Assembly: GCF_000341395.1 (NCBI RefSeq)
Contig: NC_020304.1
Span: 2,910,001-2,942,000, forward strand
Reading direction: 5' to 3'
Source: Desulfocapsa sulfexigens DSM 10523
Lineage (GTDB): Bacteria > Desulfobacterota > Desulfobulbia > Desulfobulbales > Desulfocapsaceae
Length of the DNA stretch: 32,000 nucleotides
Part shown: positions 26,152 through 32,000 of the stretch, in pieces
Layout: each line of letters opens with the position of its first letter
How positions within the stretch are numbered: the first letter of the stretch is position 1
The notes under the pieces: generated by a model
The model's input: only the letters and a program-made list of their open reading frames with translations
Databases searched by the model: none
What the model was told of the DNA's origin: nothing
Program-made: the position numbers and the translations under genes

Positions 26152-26604
26152 CTATATTTCCTGTAAGGTGACAAATTTCAGGGCATGGGTTGTACATTTC
26201 GTGACGCAGGCAGGTTTCAGCCCTGCATCCACCCGATCCATGCAATAGTCACACTTCACAGCCTTTTTTGTCTCAGGGTTCATCTGGGGAATTGTCCACG
26301 GGCAGGCACCGGCACAGGCCATGCAGCCAATACAGGCCTCTTCATTTATAAAAACAATACCATCCGGACGCTTGATCATGGCCTTGGTAGGACAAATGGG
26401 CACACAGAACGGTTCATCACAGTGGTAACAGGAACGAAAGGAAAATTCGGTTTTAGGGACCCCTTTTATAGTAGTTAAGGTTTCGTGATCGATTTCACAG
26501 AGGTATGGGCCTACCGGAAGGCTTTTATTCGTTTTACAGTGAACCTCGCAGCCGTGACAGCCTATACATCTTCTGGAATTGAGGTAGATCATGTATTTGT
26601 TCAT
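26152..26604 (-). CDS. Four-cluster [4Fe-4S] ferredoxin-type electron-transfer subunit (DmsB/PsrB family)
   Basis: Cys groups are CIGCHGCEVHC, CYHCDEPFCVPICP, CIGCMACAGACP and CDYC...C...C. There is a 4-nt overlap with the catalytic subunit gene and no signal peptide. Confidence 0.9.
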   Translation of the reverse strand: MNKYMIYLNSRRCIGCHGCEVHCKTNKSLPVGPYLCEIDHETLTTIKGVPKTEFSFRSCYHCDEPFCVPICPTKAMIKRPDGIVFINEEACIGCMACAGACPWTIPQMNPETKKAVKCDYCMDRVDAGLKPACVTKCTTHALKFVTLQEI

Positions 26605-28715
26605 AATTCGACCCTCCTCTTAGGATTACGGACACTGCGGCGCACGAGAACAAAAGACTCACAAAGATTTATTGCACCTCCTGCCTGATCCCAGTCATCA
26701 AGCTTGCCAATCATTAATTTCTGGTCACTGATTCCGGCGTGGTAAGAGCGGGTCTGCAATGGAATCTGCTTTCCGAATCCATGGACCATATAGACAGCTT
26801 CCGGATGAATGTAGTCTACAACGTGTGCATGCATTGGTCCTGAGTAACTTTCGTCTTCCGACGAAACGTTCACCAGGTCGCCATTGGCGATACCAAGTTT
26901 GTCGGCAGCCCTTGTATTAATCCACAGACTGTTTTCGGGCATCAGCTCCGACAAGAGCGGGTTGTTTGTCGTGTGACCATGACTGTGCACTGCGGAACGC
27001 CCGTACACCAGCCTGAACATACCCTTAGGTGGTTTAATGGGGGACTGATATTCCTTTAAAGAGGGTAGGCCGGCATCTTCCAGTTTTTTACTGATGATTT
27101 CAATTTTCCCGGATGGGGTATTAAACTGTCCTTCCAGTTTTAGAGGATCATACATTATGGGTTCGTCTGTGAGTGGAACAAAACCTTTCGCATCAAAATC
27201 AGCAATTGTAAATCCTGTCGGCTCCAGTTGCCAGCTCCAGAGTTCCTCTGCGCTGTTGTATGGGAAGTACTCTCCGATATCAACTCTTTCTGCCAGCTGT
27301 TTAAATATCCACCAGCCTGGTTTTGTGTCAAATTCCGGTTCCACGGCTCGTTTTCGTATGGCAAGACGAGGTTTTAAACTTTTCTGCACACAGATGGTAC
27401 TTTCCCGTTCCAGATAAGTTGACTCCGGGAGTATAACGTCTGAAAACCAGCCGAATTCACTGTAATGGGTGTCAATGGAAACCAGAAGGTCACAGTGTTC
27501 AAAGGACATTTTCTGACGCTGCGGATCGGGCATTCCGGAGAATGGGTCGTGCCGCATTGCGATCCAGGCTTTAACAGGATAGGGATCCTCTTTTTCCATG
27601 GCATCGAAAAACAGGTGAGCGAGACCCGGCCCTTTATCAAAATGCTTATATTTCCAGCCGACACCATCAGCACGTTTTATATCTGGTTTTGGACAGTCAA
27701 GTGCCCGAAGTCCTTTTACGCCACAGTCCCCAGGGCCTTTAGGGATAAGGAGTCCACCCTTCTGTTCAATATTCCCCATAAGAACATTTAAGATATGGAG
27801 ACCTCGACTGGCATAGAAAGAATCCTTGTAGCGGGACAGATTCCAGCCAGGGTGAAAAATCACCTTTGGCATTGCTGGTATTATTTCGTCAATAAAGGCA
27901 TGGATGGCCTTTGCTTTGATACCACATTCCTTTGCCGCCCAGTCCGGGGTGTACTGTTCTACGAAATACGTAAGTTCATCAAAACCAGAGACATAGCGTT
28001 CGACAAAATCAGCATCGTAGGCATCTCTTCTGATCAGTTCATGAATCATCGCAAGGATAAGGGCGTAGTCTGTCCCTGGTCTTACCTGAAAAAAACGATC
28101 CGCCTTGATTCCTGTCATAGTCTGGCGAACGTCAACATAGGTCAGTTTTCCGCCATTTTCCAGCATATCCATAGTCTGGAGGTTTTCACCAATACGCAGT
28201 GAGGCAAACATATTACGGCCGAAGAGGATCAGATGTTTTGCGTTTTTTATGTCATAGATAAAACCTTTACGTCCTACGCCATTAATGGAAAGACTTGCAT
28301 GGTGAGTGTTTCGTCCGCAGGTGCAGTCATGGTTGGTGTAGTTTGGAGATCCAAAGGCATGGATAAATGTTTTATACATATTTTGCCATGGGCCACCCCT
28401 TGATGAAAGAACCACGGATTCCGGACCATATTCAGTTTTGATCTTTTTCAATTTATTACTGATATAATCAAGTGCCGTCGGCCAGCTGACTTTCTGCCAG
28501 CGTCCCTCACCGCGGGCTCCCTCTCTAATGAGAGGTTGCTGCGGTCTTTCACGGTCAGCAACAAGAGCAGGCCCTGCAGATCCCTTGGCACAGAGAGCGC
28601 CACCGAGGATATGCTGGTTTCCTTCTATCCATGTTACTTTATTATTTTCTGACTCCACGCGGATGGGACAGCGCACGGTGCACATCCCACACATGGAGTA
28701 AACAGATTTTTTCAT
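26601..28715 (-). CDS. Molybdopterin (bis-MGD) oxidoreductase catalytic subunit, PsrA/PhsA-like, without a Tat signal
   Basis: The N-terminus starts directly with the FS0 cluster motif CGMCTVRCP...C (C-x2-C-x3-C-x27-C). MopB-type blocks are present (GPESVVLSSRGG, NHDCTCGRN, ILFGRN, RPGTDYAL, and a C-terminal barrel with GDLVNV). Strong GAGGAGGA SD. Confidence 0.9.
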   Translation of the reverse strand: MKKSVYSMCGMCTVRCPIRVESENNKVTWIEGNQHILGGALCAKGSAGPALVADRERPQQPLIREGARGEGRWQKVSWPTALDYISNKLKKIKTEYGPESVVLSSRGGPWQNMYKTFIHAFGSPNYTNHDCTCGRNTHHASLSINGVGRKGFIYDIKNAKHLILFGRNMFASLRIGENLQTMDMLENGGKLTYVDVRQTMTGIKADRFFQVRPGTDYALILAMIHELIRRDAYDADFVERYVSGFDELTYFVEQYTPDWAAKECGIKAKAIHAFIDEIIPAMPKVIFHPGWNLSRYKDSFYASRGLHILNVLMGNIEQKGGLLIPKGPGDCGVKGLRALDCPKPDIKRADGVGWKYKHFDKGPGLAHLFFDAMEKEDPYPVKAWIAMRHDPFSGMPDPQRQKMSFEHCDLLVSIDTHYSEFGWFSDVILPESTYLERESTICVQKSLKPRLAIRKRAVEPEFDTKPGWWIFKQLAERVDIGEYFPYNSAEELWSWQLEPTGFTIADFDAKGFVPLTDEPIMYDPLKLEGQFNTPSGKIEIISKKLEDAGLPSLKEYQSPIKPPKGMFRLVYGRSAVHSHGHTTNNPLLSELMPENSLWINTRAADKLGIANGDLVNVSSEDESYSGPMHAHVVDYIHPEAVYMVHGFGKQIPLQTRSYHAGISDQKLMIGKLDDWDQAGGAINLCESFVLVRRSVRNPKRRVEL

Positions 28716-28748
28716 TTGAATTCCTCCTCTAAAGAAAACCGATCTGAT

Positions 28749-29372
28749 TTACTTGGCAGCAACCACATGATTAATATTCAACTCCTTTATTATTTTGTTG
28801 CGTCTGTGTCGTTCAATTGCTTTTTTTAGAAATGTCCAGCCAATGTAGGAGGACACGAGTGAGACTAAATAGAAAAACAGAGATCCAATAAACACGGGGT
28901 CTCCGCTGGATGAGCCAAACTGCACAATGTACTCCCTACCGGTGAGTTCCATCAGCCTTTCAGGTCGATAATATGCATTTACATAGGACAGCACCATCAG
29001 GATTGGTAGATACATTGTGGCAAAACTCATTAACAGACCTTCAAGAAAATAATCATAATAGGCACGGTTAAGTTTTGCCTGATCAATGTTTTTTGCCATC
29101 CGTGATCCCTTTTCACGGTCTTCACAACGCATTGCCTCCTCTCTGACACCAAGCCAGTAGTTGAACTCTTCTTCCAGCATGATATGCCTTTTAGTGCGAC
29201 ATTTTTTCCCAAGAAACTTGGTGGAGAAAACTGTAGTGAGGGCAAGTAGTACAAGTATGAAAGCCGGTCCGGTGAGGTTGTGAATCGGGGAAAGCAGATT
29301 ATCAACCATTGCTGCAAAAGAAAGAATGGCGGAGTAAATATACTCCCACATGATATCTAAGAAACGTTCCAT
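28749..29372 (-). CDS. Hypothetical 3-4 TM membrane protein with a long cytosolic coiled-coil loop (EMC3/DUF106-like topology)
   Basis: 207 aa. TM helix ~35-54, then a basic segment (KKCRTKRH) and a ~55-aa charged helical loop. Next come TM LLMSFATMYLPILMVLSYV, a short soluble hairpin, TM IGSLFFYLVSLVSSYIGW and a basic tail. Confidence 0.65.
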   Translation of the reverse strand: MERFLDIMWEYIYSAILSFAAMVDNLLSPIHNLTGPAFILVLLALTTVFSTKFLGKKCRTKRHIMLEEEFNYWLGVREEAMRCEDREKGSRMAKNIDQAKLNRAYYDYFLEGLLMSFATMYLPILMVLSYVNAYYRPERLMELTGREYIVQFGSSSGDPVFIGSLFFYLVSLVSSYIGWTFLKKAIERHRRNKIIKELNINHVVAAK

Positions 29373-29406
29373 GGTGTATCCATCAGCTTAATAATAAGTG
29401 GAAACT

Positions 29407-29432
29407 GGTTCACAACCCTTAAGTTGTGAACC
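29407..29432 (-). other. Perfect 10-bp intercistronic hairpin
   Basis: GGTTCACAAC-ccttaa-GTTGTGAACC, between the TauE-fusion gene and the 207-aa gene. Confidence 0.45.
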
Positions 29433-29462
29433 AATTTCATTTAATGGGTCTGACTGTTATCC

Positions 29463-31187
29463 CTAGATCCAGTACTCAATCTTGAGGAAACGGAAGAACA
29501 GGAAGAATAATGTACAGGCAAGAACGATCTTGAGCGTTTTCTCACTGAACATCTTCTGACAACGACTACCAAGCATACCACCTGCAAAACCACCGATGAT
29601 GATTGCTCCTGCTAGTACCATATCAGGGAGATATCCGTTCAGAACATATCCGATAAAAGAACCAATACTGGAGAAGCAGGTTCCGACGAGGGATATGGGA
29701 ACGGCAACATACATTGGAAGGGCGGCAATTGTGGTCATCATTGGAACGAGGAGGAAGCCCCCACCAATACCAAATGCTCTGGAAACAATACCTACAATAA
29801 TACCAAGGATTGCAAAGAGCAGTGGATTGATACGGAATTCCTCGCCCCAGAATTTAAAGCGGTAATCGGTAATGCCGGTTTTGATCGGTTCGATGGAACC
29901 CATTTCCATTGCTTCACCGGTTTCTTTTGCTTTTTTGACTGCAGCGTTGAACTTCTGGGTCATAGCCTTGATGTTCTTCCGCTTGTTCATTGCACCGGGA
30001 GTCAGTTCCATAAGAGTCTTGATACCCATGATAACAACCAGAACACCAAGCCACTCTTTATAGGCAGTCATGGAGACATATTGGGTCACATATGTACCTA
30101 ACCAGATGGAACCGATAAAAATACCTGCACCAAAAGAAAGACCAACCGGCCAGGCAACACGTTTCTCAACCACGGCAAAACGGTAAAAGGAACCAAGTGG
30201 AGAGAACAGGGTAAGGGCGATATTTGATGGACGAAGAACGTTGGCAGCATTGATACCTACGGGACCAGCTGTCTGAACAAACAAAGCCTGGAAAGCACCC
30301 ATCAACATACCACCGGCAGCACCGATCATTGAAAAATAGGTACCAACAAGAATAGCACCGATAACCACGACCAGAGGATTCATGTAACGATAGCCTTTCG
30401 CAAGCCAGAAACCGTTCTTTTCTATGGTGTAAGATCCGCTTTTGGTGCCGTTTACATATACATCAAAACCGGTGTCAGGCGCGGTATGACGAAATGATTT
30501 GAAAGAGGCTTTGAAATTTCCGGTGGCTTTGTCGAGATTTATGGATGTGCCCTTATCCCAGTAATTACCGCTTGAGGCATCGCCGATGACGGAGCGGGCA
30601 AAAATGACAACTTTACCCTTTTTATTCCCTTCTTTAACAACGGTATCTATACCATATGAATTCTCGTGGCCCCACTTGAACATATTCCACTGTTCAGCGG
30701 TTTTGATTGGACCAAGCATGTCTTTGGCGGCAACCTCATCAAAATTCTTTTTCAGCTTGAACATTGTGGTGTTGTAGAGTCCCTGGCCTTTTTTAAAGAG
30801 AAAGGAGGGGCCACCAAATTTCTTATCAACATCACTACCAAAAGCTTCTCTGTTGGTTGTCAACATGTAGTAAAGAGGGGGAATCTCAGTATCCATTGTA
30901 AAACCGGCCTTTTCACCATTCTGAGGCAGCTTCTTTTTTTCGTAGGTGCCGACGGATGATTGTCCGGCAAATTCTGTGACATTACCTTTGAACATTGCCT
31001 GCTGTGCAACAGCGATATAAAGGTCCTGGCCTGGCTCAATTTGTCCCTCTATGGTAATCGTGTCACCAGCCTTGTATTTATCTGCTGAGACTGTAGCACC
31101 GGCAAATGAACTGCTTTGCAAGGCTAAAAGCCAGATTGAAATCACCATCAAGGATATTGATAGTTGCTTGCATTTCATCATCTTCAT
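29463..31187 (-). CDS. TauE/SafE-family anion channel fused to an N-terminal ~230-aa secreted domain
   Basis: Signal peptide MKMMKCKQLSISLMVISIWLLALQSSSFA|GA, then a soluble domain to ~residue 265. Two 4-TM TauE-type halves follow (GAAGGMLMGAF..., AFGIGGGFLLVPMM...), split by a ~60-aa charged loop. AAGGAGAT SD. Confidence 0.82.
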   Translation of the reverse strand: MKMMKCKQLSISLMVISIWLLALQSSSFAGATVSADKYKAGDTITIEGQIEPGQDLYIAVAQQAMFKGNVTEFAGQSSVGTYEKKKLPQNGEKAGFTMDTEIPPLYYMLTTNREAFGSDVDKKFGGPSFLFKKGQGLYNTTMFKLKKNFDEVAAKDMLGPIKTAEQWNMFKWGHENSYGIDTVVKEGNKKGKVVIFARSVIGDASSGNYWDKGTSINLDKATGNFKASFKSFRHTAPDTGFDVYVNGTKSGSYTIEKNGFWLAKGYRYMNPLVVVIGAILVGTYFSMIGAAGGMLMGAFQALFVQTAGPVGINAANVLRPSNIALTLFSPLGSFYRFAVVEKRVAWPVGLSFGAGIFIGSIWLGTYVTQYVSMTAYKEWLGVLVVIMGIKTLMELTPGAMNKRKNIKAMTQKFNAAVKKAKETGEAMEMGSIEPIKTGITDYRFKFWGEEFRINPLLFAILGIIVGIVSRAFGIGGGFLLVPMMTTIAALPMYVAVPISLVGTCFSSIGSFIGYVLNGYLPDMVLAGAIIIGGFAGGMLGSRCQKMFSEKTLKIVLACTLFFLFFRFLKIEYWI

Positions 31188-31329
31188 ATCTCCTTTTTTT
31201 GATTAATATAACCAGAGTGAAGCCCTATCGTACGTAGCTTCTCTTGTGCTCCTTCTGTTAAAGATCCCTTTTAATTCCTGGTTTCTACCTCCTTTTTAAT
31301 AGTCGCTGTTATCAAGATGTGTGGAAAGC

Positions 31330-31695
31330 TCATCTGGCGAGGTTGAGTACCTTTTCCACCTTCTCTTCAAGTTCATCACGATCAATAGGTTTCACACAAT
31401 ATTCATCGGCGCCCAGGCTGATAGCCTCACGGGCGGTTTCTACGGTCGGATATCCGGTAAGCATGATCACCCGAATGGAAGGATCAATTTTTTTTAGAAT
31501 TGCCAGGACCTCAACTCCATTCATCTTTTTTAACTTTATATCGAGAATGGCCAGGTCGATTTTGTGCATTTCAGCATGGGTAATGGCATCCTCTTCTTCT
31601 GTGAAGGTGTGAACTGTATGTCCTTTTTTACGAAGAATTTTTCCTATGAGCACTGTTGCATCGCGGATATCATCAAGGGTTATGATCTCTGCCAT
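31330..31695 (-). CDS. Single-domain (CheY-like) response regulator
   Basis: 121 aa, REC domain only: IITLDD, DLAILDIKLKKMNG, VIMLTGY, CVKP. Confidence 0.9.
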   Translation of the reverse strand: MAEIITLDDIRDATVLIGKILRKKGHTVHTFTEEEDAITHAEMHKIDLAILDIKLKKMNGVEVLAILKKIDPSIRVIMLTGYPTVETAREAISLGADEYCVKPIDRDELEEKVEKVLNLAR

Positions 31696-31708
31696 ATGTA
31701 CCTCTGAG

Positions 31709-32000
31709 TTACTGGTTCTTAGGTTTAAGGGTATCGCTATCCCTTTCGTCCGATATAGCTGGAAGGGTAACGTGAAAAGCTGTTCCGCCAGGGGATTTTC
31801 CGGTTTCGTTGTCAGTAACAGGAGACTCTATATCTATTCTTCCCTCGTGTTCCTGAATGATGCCGTAGGAGACTGAAAGACCAAGACCGGTACCTTTGCC
31901 AACGGGTTTGGTCGTGAAGAATGGGTCAAAAATAGAGGAAAGAATTTTTTCAGGTATACCGTGTCCGGTATCCATGACTGTTGCTATAACTTCTCTGCTG
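31709..32000 (-). CDS. Histidine kinase, C-terminal HATPase_c part (5' end lies outside the window)
   Basis: The frame is open to the window edge (…[19 protein letters not shown]..., [23 protein letters not shown]). The stop is 13 nt before the CheY-like gene. Confidence 0.85.
   Translation of the reverse strand, partial: SREVIATVMDTGHGIPEKILSSIFDPFFTTKPVGKGTGLGLSVSYGIIQEHEGRIDIESPVTDNETGKSPGGTAFHVTLPAISDERDSDTLKPKNQ

Noticed and set aside
2207-28202. Numerous 60-165-aa ORFs nested in or antisense to large conserved genes (e.g. 2207-2581, 3605-3904, 4466-4906, 6248-6622, 10644-11087, 11558-11875, 14527-14832, 24644-25141, 25361-25861, 27795-28202)
   Set aside because: Each overlaps a longer ORF with clear family motifs. 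None has an SD or recognisable domains, so they are typical frame shadows.
1-32000. CRISPR arrays, tRNA/rRNA genes, IS elements, integrases and prophage or defence-island signatures
   Set aside because: I saw no regularly spaced direct repeats, no tRNA-like T-arm (GGTTCGAATCC-type) sequences in the intergenic regions, and no transposase or integrase-like ORFs. The window looks like core chromosome with a few accessory genes.

Overview
About 45% GC chromosomal segment. The gene content suggests an anaerobic Desulfobacterota-type (deltaproteobacterial) genome, but that is an inference: COG1900 homocysteine-pathway protein, DUF3786 Fe-S protein, cytoplasmic molybdopterin oxidoreductase, sigma54-type promoters. 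Most of the window is densely packed housekeeping genes: uvrB, tsaD, rsmA, moaA, pheA, an HU protein, a cbiA-like amidase and an iron alcohol dehydrogenase. These are interspersed with transporters (SLC13 with TrkA-C domains, NhaD) and signalling genes (two histidine kinases, a NarL-type regulator and a CheY-like regulator). I found no tRNA or rRNA genes, CRISPR arrays, transposases or integrases. Six things deserve a second look. (1) A LonA-type protease lacks the N-terminal substrate-binding domain and has a complete receiver domain inserted just before its AAA+ module. (2) A minus-strand cluster at 25.8-32 kb joins a two-component system, a TauE/SafE channel fused to a ~230-aa periplasmic domain, an EMC3/DUF106-like 3-TM protein, a signal-less PsrA-like molybdopterin subunit, a 4-cluster ferredoxin subunit and a small acidic Cys protein. 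(3) A COG1900 gene is followed by a LarE-like PP-loop gene whose SGGVDS motif lies upstream of every canonical start codon, implying a CTG start or a frameshift. (4) Two distant intergenic regions share TGTTRCA / TTGCA-N3-TGCAA palindrome clusters about 100-250 bp upstream of sigma54-like -24/-12 elements. (5) An unlisted 46-codon ORF with a near-perfect Shine-Dalgarno sits upstream of the SLC13 gene. (6) An orphan HigA-like HTH gene abuts nhaD. All functional calls come from motif recognition by eye, with no database search, so family names are hypotheses of varying strength.
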